DNA of 63,743 bases, the filler included, from Octopus bimaculoides (taxonomy: Eukaryota): NCBI RefSeq assembly GCF_001194135.2. It is 6 parts of 6 records of this genome, joined end to end, with 100 filler letters (N's around TTAATTAATTAA, not from the genome) between each part and the next. Parts side by side here need not be neighbours in the genome. Positions count along the whole stretch, not along the records: positions 23,833 to 39,032 come from NC_068987.1; positions 39,133 to 54,397 come from NW_026337435.1; 4 more parts are not named here. The stretch is one strand, 5' to 3'. The notes beneath the pieces are model-generated. The model was not told the origin of the DNA, did no database searches, and saw only the letters and a program-made list of their open reading frames with translations. Both the position numbers and the translations under genes were made by a program. Shown here piece by piece: positions 38,481 to 53,562 of the stretch (position 1 is the first letter of the stretch; each line of letters begins with the position of its first letter).

Positions 38481-39191
38481 TATGTATATGTGTATGTATG
38501 TATGTATATATATGTATGTATATAGTATAAGGGGATAATTTTATAGCTTTGTTAAATGAAGAACAAAAATAAAAATAGGACTGCACCTGGAAGTGCTCAA
38601 GTAACACTGAGGCCCAAAAGAAGAGATGGGCTTGAATGGACTCTGTTCTGGTTTCCTTACACTTTATTTTTTATATTTATACTCTTGTATTTTTATTTAC
38701 TTATATTATTTTAGCTCCATTGCCTTAAATTTTTAGTCACCTTTATTATGCAAGAATTCATTTCTTATAATTTTCTTCATTTCACTTCACTTGTATTACC
38801 CTTTTATGTTTTATCACCTTTTATTCATGTATATGTGTTAGGTTTTACCATTAGGTGCCCTATTATTTTAATGTATATTTATATTTGATTTTTGATAATT
38901 TGGGAATGATATAAGGTTGTTTTGACCGATTGGAGTGTTTATTCATTATACCTTTCAATTTATGTATGTATGTATGTATGTATGTATGTATATATATGTG
39001 TGTGTGTGTGTATGTGTGTGTATATATATATANNNNNNNNNNNNNNNNNNNNNNNNNNNNNNNNNNNNNNNNNNNNTTAATTAATTAANNNNNNNNNNNN
39101 NNNNNNNNNNNNNNNNNNNNNNNNNNNNNNNNTATATATATATATACACACACATACACATACATATTATGTGCCTCTGTGTATATACATC

Positions 39192-39225
<34 letters not shown>

Positions 39226-39519
39226 TACATATATGAATATATATATACATATACATATATTGTATATAGGTATATGTATGTATGTATGTATAAATTCACA
39301 TATCTATGCATATATATGTGCCGTATAATATATGTATCCTATGTAAATATATATATCTAAATATGTTCGTATACACACACACACACACACATACACACAC
39401 ACACACACATATATATATATATTTATATACATACATACATATATATATACATACATACATACATATATATATCATATGAATGTGTGTATGTATGTATATC
39501 CTGTATCATATATACAGTG

Positions 39520-39552
<33 letters not shown>

Positions 39553-40110
39553 TAAAGAGACACACACACACACACACACATACATAAAGGGACACACATT
39601 TACAACTTAATGTGCGTGTTTGTTCTTCAGTCCGTCGTTTTATTGGTATATGAATGATATGCTCTATAAATAAATATTTATTATAATATAGATTTGGTAT
39701 AAAAACAAATAAAATATAAGTGAGTGTGTGTGTGTGTGTGTGTCTTTGTACGTTTGTGTGTGTGTGTGTATGCGTGTGTATGCGTGTGTATGTGTGTATG
39801 TGTGTTTGTGTGTGTGAGAAATATTTAAATATTGGAAGCAAAATAGGTCCGTGCATGAATGGTTATAGACAAACCACACACACACACACACACACATACA
39901 CACACACACACACACATACACTATATTCATACACATTTGCAATCAGTCTCACACACAATGCATACCCTCACGCGTACATGCAAATATACGCATGCATATA
40001 TATGCGTATATATTCGTAGTATGATTAAGTTATGAAAATATAATGATAATGATATGTAATAATCACGGAATATGTACATATGTATACATACATATGTGCA
40101 AATATACAAG

Positions 40111-40178
<68 letters not shown>

Positions 40179-40479
40179 AAATATACATACACGCATACAT
40201 GTTTATCTATCTATCTATTTTACTATCTATCTATCTGTCTGTCTATTTGTCTAGACGCATCAGTTTTTTGTATATATTACACATATACACTCACGTTCAC
40301 ACATATATGCAAGTTACGCAGAGAGAGGGACAGAGAGAGAGACAGACAGAGATAATGTAAGAGAGTGAGTGAGAGTAGACTTCACTAAGAGGCTGCATGA
40401 TTGTATGCTTTCAGAGATTACCTCCACTTAAGGGCCACTCATAGACGCACCAAAATCTCTCTTTCACGAGTGAGCTGTG

Positions 40480-40660
40480 TCCTCTCTTTGACTCTTATAC
40501 AAGTACTATAACGGCCTCTACTTCTCGGAGCTGGCTCGGCTCCCGCTCCCATCTTTTAATACACCCACTTCTTCTTTCTCTGGTCACACAAGCTTCTATC
40601 CAAATATCCAGCCCTTCGGGCCCATAGCCTAGTCCCTTTCAGCTCCCTCCATGTTCATAT
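40480..40660 (+). mobile_element. CR1-like LINE 3' fragment
   Basis: LYKYYNGLYFSELARLPLP matches the CR1-type C-terminal motif FYRYY.G.CSSEL. Confidence 0.5.
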
Positions 40661-40769
40661 CTATCCCACACTTGTTGAAGGGGATTATTGATACACCAAT
40701 GCACCGGTTTGGAAAGACTTGTAAGCAGCATGGACACTACTACTCATGATTGTGTGTGTGTGTGTGTGC

Positions 40770-40800
<31 letters not shown>

Positions 40801-41011
40801 CAGCAGAAGATTGCTCTACATTTTAGATTTGATGTAATGTTTACATTGCTCAATTAAGTGGAGTCGCATGAAACGATCGTAGTGCATTACCTCTGGATAT
40901 CCTTGTTGCCTTTTTTTATTTTAAGCACCTTATTTTGAAACTGTATGGATAACATACCATACAAGATTCTGGTGCCTAAACTCAAGTACCATATTCACCT
41001 GAATCAAAATT

Positions 41012-41048
<37 letters not shown>

Positions 41049-42173
41049 TGTGTGTGTATACACACACATATAATACGTATATATATATGTCTATGTATAC
41101 GTTTGTATATATATCGTGAATACACACGCACGCACGCACACACACACACACACACACGCAACACACATATATATACACATACATATGATATATATATGTG
41201 TATATGTGTGTATATTATATAAATACATTTATACATATGCATATACATATACACATATAATACATATACATACACACATATACATACATACATACATACA
41301 TATGTGCATACACAAGCTTTTATGTCGAAAAACAGGGCCATGATTTTTTTTCTGAAAGCTCGAAATTCCTGAATAATTTCTAACAGTTTTAAGCATCAAA
41401 AAAAGGGTGCGCGCGCACCTGCATGTTTGTGTGTGTATATATATATATATATGTGTGTGTGTGATTCTGTGTTCGTTTGTCTAGGTGCTTATGTGTGTGT
41501 GTGTGGTGGGTTGTAGAAGCGTATGAATGCGTGTGCTTCTACGTCTGTGTGCGTGAGTGTGTGTATGTATGTGTGTGTGTGTGTGTGTGTGTGTTTGTAT
41601 ATACTTATTCATATAGTTTATGGAATGTTAATAGCTCGTTCCACTTCGATGAGTTTTTACACCAATACTTTTATGGTTAGTGAAATATTGCCGGTAACAA
41701 CAACAACAGTGCATAACAGTAGTAGTAGTAGAGCACTATAGCCGAAATCATCCATGAACAACAGCAAATAATACCAATAAAAACAGTCACAACAATAACA
41801 ACATTCACAGCTACAAAAACAATTCGTAAAATTAAATATTTGAGCCGCTCCCACTGGATACAGCGCTAGAGCATTTTACGGTGCTTTCCCTTTCGTCACC
41901 AAGTGAACTCTTAAATCGGCGACAAGGGTATAGTGGATTTTATAACGCTATTGTGTCAGTTCACAGTTATGTCGACTGGCTTATTGTTCACAGATATGCT
42001 GACTGTGGTACCTTTTTACAGCTAGGAGGACTGATACAGGCTACATATATTTCATAGTGAGTAGAACCTCGGCTCGGAAACTTGTAAAAATGCGAGCGAG
42101 GTGTATACCGCAGGCTACTCTTCAGGCCAGGGATATATCTTATCTACTCCATTCCTTAACTTTGGTGTGTGCG

Positions 42174-42239
<66 letters not shown>

Positions 42240-42599
42240 NNNNNNNNNNNNNNNNNNNNNNNNNNNNNNNNNNNNNNNNNNNNNNNNNNNNNNNNNNNNN
42301 NNNNNNNNNNNNNNNNNNNNNNNNNNNNNNNNNNNNNNNNNNNNNNNNNNNNNNNNNNNNNNNNNNNNNNNNNNNNNNNNNNNNNNNNNNNNNNNNNNNN
42401 NNNNNNNNNNNNNNNNNNNNNNNNNNNNNNNNNNNNNNNNNNNNNNNNNNNNNNNNNNNNNNNNNNNNNNNNNNNNNNNNNNNNNNNNNNNNNNNNNNNN
42501 NNNNNNNNNNNNNNNNNNNNNNNNNNNNNNNNNNNNNNNNNNNNNNNNNNNNNNNNNNNNNNNNNNNNNNNNNNNNNNNNNNNNNNNNNNNNNNNNNNN

Positions 42600-42647
<48 letters not shown>

Positions 42648-44010
42648 ATATATGCTATATATGCATACACACATAGACAGCTCTATGAATTGCTTAGCAA
42701 TAAACATGTATATGCATAGCTCTGTTCAGACCGTGGAGTACTCAAGAGACATACATACAGAGCAGAAGATGACGGATGAAGTACTATAAATGATATACGC
42801 AATTGAGTATCAAGACTATAGAATATAAGATAGGGTAGACTAGTGATACAATTTCTTGAACCTGCCTGCGTATTTATCGATGAATTGTCAATAAAGGAGA
42901 TGATCAATAACCTTTATTACAAGCTCTATTGTTTCATAATTCAATATTCAACAATGTTTACGACCTCAAGTATTTTTATTTTCTGGAATATTTCTGTCTT
43001 CCTTAATATTAATCTGTATATATCCATTCAGTCATTTTTTTTTCTTTGTATACTGTTCGTGGGAGAGCCGTCGCGGGTAGAAACTTCAAGCATCTTCTTC
43101 ATAGGATTCTAGCAAAAGCGATCGCCATTACACCTTTCGGTTGGATTCCCAAGCGTGACCAACTGAGATTTGGGCTACCTCTAGCTCTGCTGCAGGTTGG
43201 CTCGGCTTGAAGAATCCGTCTTGCGAGTCTTTCCTACGACGTTCTAGTCACATGCCCATAGTNNNNNNNNNNNNNNNNNNNNNNNNNNNNNNNNNNNNNN
43301 NNNNNNNNNNNNNNNNNNNNNNNNNNNNNNNNNNNNNNNNNNNNNNNNNNNNNNNNNNNNNNNNNNNNNNNNNNNNNNNNNNNNNNNNNNNNNNNNNNNN
43401 NNNNNNNNNNNNNNNNNNNNNNNNNNNNNNNNNNNNNNNNNNNNNNNNNNNNNNNNNNNNNNNNNNNNNNNNNNNNNNNNNNNNNNNNNNNNNNNNNNNN
43501 NNNNNNNNNNNNNNNNNNNNNNNNNNNNNNNNNNNNNNNNNNNNNNNNNNNNNNNNNNNNNNNNNNNNNNNNNNNNNNNNNNNNNNNNNNNNNNNNNNNN
43601 NNNNNNNNNNNNNNNNNNNNNNNNNNNNNNNNNNNNNNNNNNNNNNNNNNNNNNNNNNNNNNNNNNNNNNNNNNNNNNNNNNNNNNNNNNNNNNNNNNNN
43701 NNNNNNNNNNNNNNNNNNNNNNNNNNNNNNNNNNNNNNNNNNNNNNNNNNNNNNNNNNNNNNNNNNNNNNNNNNNNNNNNNNNNNNNNNNNNNNNNNNNN
43801 NNNNNNNNNNNNNNNNNNNNNNNNNNNNNNNNNNNNNNNNNNNNNNNNNNNNNNNNNNNNNNNNNNNNNNNNNNNNNNNNNNNNNNNNNNNNNNNNNNNN
43901 NNNNNNNNNNNNNNNNNNNNNNNNNNNNNNNNNNNNNNNNNNNNNNNNNNNNNNNNNNNNNNNNNNNNNNNNNNAAGTAAAAGTAAAAATAATATATATA
44001 TATGGGAGAG

Positions 44011-44041
<31 letters not shown>

Positions 44042-44707
44042 AAGAGGAAGTTTGAGAGAAGAATCAACCTTTATATTTAATTAGTACCTTTATCGACCCC
44101 GGAGGGATGAAGGAGAAATTTAACATAGGCAAGATTTGAACTTAAATATCGCTGTCCAAAATGAGATTGGAAGACGAAAGACTGATACATTGTTCGTATA
44201 TTACAATGAGAACAGTGTAGTGTAGATTATTTTAACACTAAGTCAAACCCGATCTCAAAACAACTGATAATCAAACACAATCGAAGTCATCAGTATGATG
44301 TCATGTGATTAGGTTGATCTTCCTCTCAAATCAACAGGAAGAGAAATTGCTCAGAAATAATTTCAAAAGGTGATGCAAATGATCCGAGGGATTGGAGGAT
44401 ATTTAGCAGCTATTTCTCCGAGGTTGAACGACCACTTAGAGGAACCGACAATAGATTGATGAAACAGAGGGTAATCAGCATGAGATTACTAGTTTCAGGT
44501 CTCACAAACTGTAAAACGAAGTCAGCCCATTAACGACGAAGGTCATAGATTGGGGAAAACAGTAGTCCCGCCATCAAATACAAATAAGCTAATCAGAAAA
44601 TGAGAAGAGTGGAGCCACTATTGTATAAGATAATGGGATTTAATGAGTATATATGTGTGTGTGTATATATATATATATATATGCCTGTATGTATATTCGC
44701 TTTTAGA

Positions 44708-44739
<32 letters not shown>

Positions 44740-45397
44740 ACATATATTATATATATATATATATANNNNNNNNNNNNNNNNNNNNNNNNNNNNNNNNNNN
44801 NNNNNNNNNNNNNNNNNNNNNNNNNNNNNNNNNNNNNNNNNNNNNNNNNNNNNNNNNNNNNNNNNNNNNNNNNNNNNNNNNNNNNNNNNNNNNNNNNNNN
44901 NNNNNNNNNNNNNNNNNNNNNNNNNNNNNNNNNNNNNNNNNNNNNNNNNNNNNNNNNNNNNNNNNNNNNNNNNNNNNNNNNNNNNNNNNNNNNNNNNNNN
45001 NNNNNNNNNNNNNNNNNNNNNNNNNNNNNNNNNNNNNNNNNNNNNNNNNNNNNNNNNNNNNNNNNNNNNNNNNNNNNNNNNNNNNNNNNNNNNNNNNNNN
45101 NNNNNNNNNNNNNNNNNNNNNNNNNNNNNNNNNNNNNNNNNNNNNNNNNNNNNNNNNNNNNNNNNNNNNNNNNNNNNNNNNNNNNNNNNNNNNNNNNNNN
45201 NNNNNNNNNNNNNNNNNNNNNNNNNNNNNNNNNNNNNNNNNNNNNNNNNNNNNNNNNNNNNNNNNNNNNNNNNNNNNNNNNNNNNNNNNNNNNNNNNNNN
45301 NNNNNNNNNNNNNNNNNNNNNNNNNNNNNNNNNNNNNNNNNNNNNNNNNNNNNNNNNNNNNNNNNNNNNNNNNNNNNNNNNNNNNNNNNNNNNNNNN

Positions 45398-45435
<38 letters not shown>

Positions 45436-45436
<1 letters not shown>

Positions 45437-45800
45437 GGCGTGGCTATAAGATAAGAAGCTTGCTTCCCAACCGCATGGTTCCGGGTTCAGCCCCACTGCG
45501 TGACACCTTGGGCAAATATCTTGTTCTATAGCCCCGGCCCGACCAAACCCTTATGAGTAGATTTGGTAGACGGAAACTGAAAGAAGCCCGTTGCATTTAC
45601 ATACATGTATATATTTATGTGTGTTTGTGTCTCTATTTGTCCAAGCCACGAACTCATGTTGGTGTGTTTACGTCCTCGTAACATTTGCGGTTCAACAAAG
45701 AGATCGATAGAATAAGCACCAGGCTCACAAAGAATAGGGCCCCGGTTAGATTTCAACGACTAAAAGGCGTCAAATGAGTGAAGCAAAAAGCAAAATAAAA
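45436..45800 (+). mobile_element. SINE family A with CpGs retained
   Basis: ggcgtggctataagataagaagcttgcttcccaaccgcatggttccggg... Confidence 0.85.
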
Positions 45801-46004
45801 GAATATATATATGTCATATTCATATATGTATATATATATGAATGTGCATATTTTTATGAATATTTATGCATATATACAGACAGACATATATGTCCCAATA
45901 CACATACACACACATATCAATGTATATTTAAGGATATATATGTGTGTATATTCGTGTGTGTCTGTGTGTATGAGTAATCATACATACACACACAAACACA
46001 CACA

Positions 46005-46040
<36 letters not shown>

Positions 46041-46326
46041 NNNNNNNNNNACAGACACACACACATACACATATGTACACCCACGCATATGGAAAAAATA
46101 TATATAAGAAACATAATTTGATGATATACTTGTAGTGATGTTAGAAGAGTGATGTTAAACTTTCCTGATTAATAATTAACAGATTATTAATTAAAGATCA
46201 GGAAATTTGAAAAGATACTTGCCAGAGAGTAATTAGAGGCTATTCACTGATTATGAATATATTAAGTGTATATAATACATCACACACACACACATAGACT
46301 GGCATATATGTGTGTGTGTGTGTGTG

Positions 46327-46367
<41 letters not shown>

Positions 46368-46470
46368 CATATAGTATTATGTATATAAGTATGTATTTAT
46401 TTATGTATATATAAGTGTATGTGTATATTGGTGTGTTGCGATTCAAATTAGTTGTGAGGATGCATATAGG

Positions 46471-46561
<91 letters not shown>

Positions 46562-46857
46562 GTATATACATATATATTTGTATATATACACACACACACA
46601 TACATATGTATGTGTGTTTGTTCAGGAGTATATTCATAAATATAATATACATTCCCATACATGTATACTTATATATGTAAACATATATATACGTGTTTGT
46701 GTGAGTGTATGTGTGCGTGTGTTTTGAAGTATGTAGAGAAATACATATGACCTTATGTATGCAAACTTATCTACATATACACACACACACACACACACAC
46801 AGACACATATAAATGTTTAAGAGTATATATCTAAATATATAAAGCATAAATATACAT

Positions 46858-47266
46858 GCGTAGGAGTCGCTGTGTAGTGAGTAGCTTGTTTACCAACCAC
46901 ATGGTTCCGGGTTCAGTCCCACTGCGTACCACCTTGGGCAAGTGTCTTCTACTATAGCCTCGGGCCGACCAAAGCCTTGTGAGTGAATTTGGTAGACGGA
47001 AACTGAAAGAAGCCCGTCGTATATATGTGTATATGTATGTATGTGTGTGTATATGTTGTGTATCTGTGTTTGTCCCCACCACCAGCATCGCTAGACAACC
47101 GATGCTGGTGTGTTTAGGTCCCCGTCACTTAGCAGCTCGGCAAAAGATACCGATAGAATAAGTACTAGGCTTAGAAAGAATAAGTTCTGGGATCTACTTG
47201 ATTCGACTAAAGGTGGTGCTTCATGTGGTTGCAAAACAAGCTTCTTACCGCACAGCCACTCCTGCG
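46858..47266 (+). mobile_element. SINE family A ending in an inverted copy of its own head
   Basis: + copy at 46858-47222, then tgtggttgcaaaacaagcttcttaccgcacagccactcctgcg, the reverse complement of the head. Confidence 0.8.
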
Positions 47267-48452
47267 TATACATGGTATGTATTTATAAAACTCATGTGGT
47301 CAAACCGACAAATTCGTTAGATCGATATTTAGACTGCCTTTCGGTCAGTTTACCGTGTAAATGCGATTTGCGTTCAACTCCTGTCGAATTCAATTTCACA
47401 TTTGATAAAAAACGTGCCCATTCAAGATTGTTAGAATATCACATGTTATGACTTATGTCATATTTTCTGGATCATTGAATTCCGAGAGGCCCACTTGCAA
47501 TAATACCAGTTCCAAGCTGTAACAACTCGAATAAACGTGCTTTTTCTTGATCAACCATGAGTGACAAAGAGAAGAGACATATGAGTACATAACAATTGCT
47601 TGTCTTCTAGAAAATCCTGCACGAACCTTCGTATACATTTACAGATACCAGGTTAAATTTAACTGACAGTGGTCTTATATAATAAGACCCCACTACAGAG
47701 ACGTCTTCTTCCACTTGTCTTTTCATAAAAGTTATCACAGTGGCTGCTTTTCGGACTATACATGCCCTATTCTTAGCTAAAAGTTATATTTTCTAGACGT
47801 TGGATATTCTTTCGAATTCACACAGTAGTTAAAGTTGTCACCTCGCTTTCAGCCATTATGTTTTGATTTGTTGTACATATATTCGTTTCACTAGATCGCT
47901 CCAGTGAAATTGAGTGTCTATGTGTATGACTGAATCGAAAACAAACTCTCTCACTTACACTTATGCTCACGATCACTCACCACTAGCTTATTCATATGGC
48001 AGCAGTCACAATCATACAAAGAGATATAGACACACATATAAACCAGCCACATATATATACAAATTCAAACAAATGGAAGACATAGGCATAAAGAAAGACA
48101 AGACCTTAACGAAGTCATTAAAGAGTTCATGCTTGTGTGAAGATACACATTGACAAAACACTTAATTAAATATATATAGAGAGATATTATCATCTCTATT
48201 TGTTAATACCAGTAATTAGACTGTAACCAACCGTCCTGTAAGGGGGACATCGACATTGATTTAGTCAAATGTGCTGACATCAGAACAATTATTCTTGTTT
48301 CATTTCGTCAAGTGACGACAGTTGGATGTGGAACGAGATCCTGAAGGAACATTCAGAAAGTGTTCTTCACGCCTCGGGCATACGGATATACATACAGAAA
48401 GAAACACACACACACACATTACATATACACATATATAAACACTACATATTTG

Positions 48453-48496
<44 letters not shown>

Positions 48497-49321
48497 CATT
48501 TCTATATATAAATATATACTCACACACATACACACACACACACACATATATATGTATGCAAACATACATGTGTATACATGTATATATGTATGTATATACA
48601 TATATATCATATGCATGTATATATATGCATATGTATATATACNNNNNNNNNNNNNNNNNNNNNNNNNNNNNNNNNNNNNNNNNNNNNNNNNNNNNNNNNN
48701 NNNNNNNNNNNNNNNNNNNNNNNNNNNNNNNNNNNNNNNNNNNNNNNNNNNNNNNNNNNNNNNNNNNNNNNNNNNNNNNNNNNNNNNNNNNNNNNNNNNN
48801 NNNNNNNNNNNNNNNNNNNNNNNNNNNNNNNNNNNNNNNNNNNNNNNNNNNNNNNNNNNNNNNNNNNNNNNNNNNNNNNNNNNNNNNNNNNNNNNNNNNN
48901 NNNNNNNNNNNNNNNNNNNNNNNNNNNNNNNNNNNNNNNNNNNNNNNNNNNNNNNNNNNNNNNNNNNNNNNNNNNNNNNNNNNNNNNNNNNNNNNNNNNN
49001 NNNNNNNNNNNNNNNNNNNNNNNNNNNNNNNNNNNNNNNNNNNNNNNNNNNNNNNNNNNNNNNNNNNNNNNNNNNNNNNNNNNNNNNNNNNNNNNNNNNN
49101 NNNNNNNNNNNNNNNNNNNNNNNNNNNNNNNNNNNNNNNNNNNNNNNNNNNNNNNNNNNNNNNNNNNNNNNNNNNNNNNNNNNNNNNNNNNNNNNTATAT
49201 AACCAAGGAGATCGATTCATAAGGAGTTTACCATAGACCTTTGTGGACGAATTTTTGATATTTTGGTAACGATTACATGTTTTATCTTACCAATACATTC
49301 TGGAGATATCATTATATAAAC

Positions 49322-49374
<53 letters not shown>

Positions 49375-49493
49375 CATACGTATGGAAAGGAGGCGGGACT
49401 TGATAAGCGTCAGTGTGAAAGTGACTTGAAATTACACAGAGGACTAGTTTTAACAATGTTTTTCCAACAGTCTTTTCTGTTGCGCGCATATAA

Positions 49494-49528
<35 letters not shown>

Positions 49529-49999
49529 CGATAATTATAGTTATAGTAATAATGTCATAAAATACTTAGTTATACATGTGTGCATGATATTTGTGACAGG
49601 TTAGAGTATATTTATGAATTTCGTAAGAGAAATGCGACAGGTGCGTCGTATGTAGAACTTAATAAAATAATCAAAAAGACGAGCGCACACCGCCACAAAA
49701 AAGACACATATACAAACACACACAGACACAGGTGTAGCTCATACTGTTTACTTATCAATTGAGAAACGCCTTACAAATGCGAGTTAATCTGCACGTGTAA
49801 ACTCATAGATACGCGTTGAGAGACACATGTGCATACATGTGCCGAAATGCACACTAGGATGTTTGTCTACACAAAAGCATGGAAAAGACAGCTTAGTAAC
49901 TCTCTCTCGCTCTTTCTTTCTCTTTTTCTTTCTCTGTCTCTCTTTTTCTCTCTCTCACTCTGCCTATCTATCTATCTATCTATCTATCTATCCATCTAT

Positions 50000-50047
<48 letters not shown>

Positions 50048-50298
50048 NNNNNNNNNNNNNNNNNNNNNNNNNNNNNNNNNNNNNNNNNNNNNNNNNNNNN
50101 NNNNNNNNNNNNNNNNNNNNNNNNNNNNNNNNNNNNNNNNNNNNNCTTTAATAGTATTAATACTTTGAAACAATAGAGCACTCAGTATAAATTCAATATA
50201 TGATATTCTCATTGAATATATTTAACTAAAGATTTATATATATATATATATACACACACACACATTTATATACCTATTTCATATATATAAATGAATGA

Positions 50299-50335
<37 letters not shown>

Positions 50336-50758
50336 GTACTGCATTGATATATGTATTTCTTTAGTTCTGTAAATTCCACTATTAATTTAGGTTTCTACGT
50401 ATGCACGTATATATATATGTGTGTGTGTGTGTGTGCTTGTGCGCGTGCGTGCGTGCGCGCGCGCGCGCGAGCGTGCGTATGTGAGTTTGTGCATTTAATC
50501 TTGTACGAAGCGTGAATGGATATGTGTATGATGACTACAGATATATATATGTATAAACTCTTACGATTCTTTCGGTTCATAGACTACGGCCATGCTGGGG
50601 TACCAGTTTCATCAATTTAAATTGATTACATATACGTTTAAGATTGATTTGGAATTACTCGCATAATTTATCGTTACATATTCCTCGCATCACACATTTA
50701 TGAGACATTTTTTCGTTTGAAACTGAATCGACCGAAACAAAGATATGTAAAGATATGA

Positions 50759-50789
<31 letters not shown>

Positions 50790-50939
50790 CGTATGTATTT
50801 ATCTTTGTATAGAGAGAATATACATGTTTCTTACCGATATTAAATCGTTCAGAGGGGACGGTTACTTTTTGTGGTATGTTATATTTCTAACCTTCAGCTA
50901 TTTTGTTAAATATACTTTCTTAGATATGATATACATATA

Positions 50940-50978
<39 letters not shown>

Positions 50979-51011
50979 ATATATATATATATATGTGTGT
51001 ATATATATATA

Positions 51012-51112
<101 letters not shown>

Positions 51113-51917
51113 TGAGACGTACATGTATATATACATTAAACTATGTATACGTTATCAATATTTAATACATCTTTTGAAGCAATTATTATCCATATTCGAG
51201 TGTGTGTGCGTGCGTGTGTTTGTGAGTGTACATATTTATGTAGACCTTCACGAATGTATATGCACATATGCATCATCATTATATGTGCTTGTGTGTATAC
51301 GTGCAAATATATATATATGAGATTTATATATACACCCTTTTATACATATATTCATTTATGTATGTATATATATATATATATATATAGTTATACACACACG
51401 TTTGCATGTATGCATTATATACACATTTTTGACTGTGTTTGTGTGGGTGTATATGTGTATATATATGCATGTATATATATGCTCGAAACGTCAAAGACTT
51501 TCCGTATTCCTGAGCGTCATACTAATACATCCTTTTGTTATTTACACCACCTGTCCTCGTCTGTTGTTGTTTTTTCGTAGATTCTCCCATATATATATAT
51601 TAGCAATTACTCTATCCAGATAATAGGTTTAGGTTTATAACTATAATTATTGGGGCCCTGGGATATGTCACACACAGTGCCTAAATACCAATCTTGAGAA
51701 ATTAGGCTTCTCTCTTTCTATATATATACATACATATATATGCACGTAAGTAGATGTATGTATACATTGATATTTATGCAGTGTAACATGCATGCTAGCT
51801 TTCGCACAAAAATTCCATTATATACACCTTATATATTCATCCCTTTACGCGTATGTAGGTGTAGATATATATGTCTTTTTGTTTATGCCTAAGCGTATGA
51901 GTGTATATATCTATTTG

Positions 51918-51954
<37 letters not shown>

Positions 51955-52199
51955 GTCTATTTGCTCCGACAAATTCTTTAAATGCTTAATTAAAATGTAA
52001 GAAGAACGACTTTTAAATTCAGATGACGCACTCACCATTTCAAGATTGATTGTGCGTGTATGTATGTGTGTTTATGTGGTATTGTGTATGTGTGCATGAA
52101 CGTATGCATATGTGATTGTCTATAGGTATGTATGTGTGAGTGCGTGTACATGGCTTCGGTGCGTGTGCGTGCCTGACTCTGTGTGAATGTGGGTTTTCT

Positions 52200-52237
<38 letters not shown>

Positions 52238-52299
52238 TCTGAGTGTTTTTATATGGCATATACGTATATGTTATTTTGTGTGCATGTGTGTGTAAATGA

Positions 52300-52750
52300 T
52301 ATGCGTATGTATATGTGAAAGGTTTTGTGTGGGTGACTATCTATACAGATATTTGTGAGCGTGTGTATATTTGTGAATGTGTGTGTGTAGATGACATCTT
52401 TATGTATATGTGAAGAGCTTTGTGTGAGTTTTGTGTATATATATATTTGTGTGTGTGTGTATAAGTTTGTGAATGTGTGTGTGTGTGTGTAGATGACATC
52501 TTTATTCATATGTATATAGATATCTGTGTGCGTGTATATGTTTGTCAATGTGTGAGTATGTCTATGTGTTTGAATGTGTGTGTGTAGATGACATCTTTAT
52601 GTATATGTGAAAGGTTTTGTGTGGGTGTCTATCTATACAGATATTTATGAACGTGTGTATATTTGTGAAATTTGTGTGTGTTTGTATGCTTGTGAATGTA
52701 CGTATGTGTGTGTGTGTGTGTTTACATGATGTCTTTATGTATGTGTGTAT
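52300..52750. repeat. Microsatellite-derived minisatellite, period about 100 bp, with a higher-order duplication
   Basis: tgaatgtgtgtg..tagatgacatctttat recurs at about 52375, 52470 and 52570; 52308-52377 is nearly repeated at 52599-52668. Confidence 0.8.
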
Positions 52751-52844
52751 CTCTGAACGTGTGCGCATCTGTGTATAAGTTTCTGGGTGCCTGTATGTTC
52801 GTGTTTACCTCTATGTGTTCGCCCCGTGAGTTATTATGCGAGGT

Positions 52845-52980
52845 CCCTCGTATTTAATGGACCCCCGAGAGAACGAAAAGCAACGTCGATCTCGGGCAGA
52901 ATTTGAACTTCGAATCTAAAGACAGCACGAAATGCCGCTAAGCATTTCGTCTAAAGTGCTAACGATATTACTGCTTCGCC
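52845..52980 (-). mobile_element. SINE family B fragment
   Basis: gacccccgagagaacgaaaagcaacgtcgatctcgggcagaatttgaactt...gctaagcatttcg. Confidence 0.75.
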
Positions 52981-53471
52981 TGCATATTTATGCCTGTAAG
53001 TATGCGTGTGTGTATGTGTGTATGTGTGTGTGTGTGTGTTTGTGTGTGTGAGTGTGTATGTGTAGATACATTTACAAATGAGTAATTAAGTATATAAATT
53101 TAATCATCTTTTATGGTACCAAGTTATATTTCATCCGAGTAACGGCTGAGGTTTTGTGAAATTATATACACAGATATATATGTGTGTGTGTGTGTATCAG
53201 TATATATACACACAATACATACATATATACATGCATATATATTTGTATATATATATGTGTGTGTCTGTGTCTGTATATGTATGTATGTAACTGCTTGTAA
53301 TTTTACCATTTAGTGCCCAAATATACGTTCATGGATGCATACACACATATAAACAAATTCACAAGCCCCCTCGCTCTCACTCACTCACTCACTCACTCTC
53401 TCTCTCTCTCACTCACTCTCTCTCTCTCTCACTCACTCTCTTTCTCTCACTCACTCACTCTCTTTCTCTCT

Positions 53472-53502
<31 letters not shown>

Positions 53503-53512
53503 NNNNNNNNNN

Positions 53513-53562
<50 letters not shown>

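Noticed and set aside
42057-49236. ORFs of 180-300 aa containing X runs
   Set aside because: They are open only because they read through N gaps.
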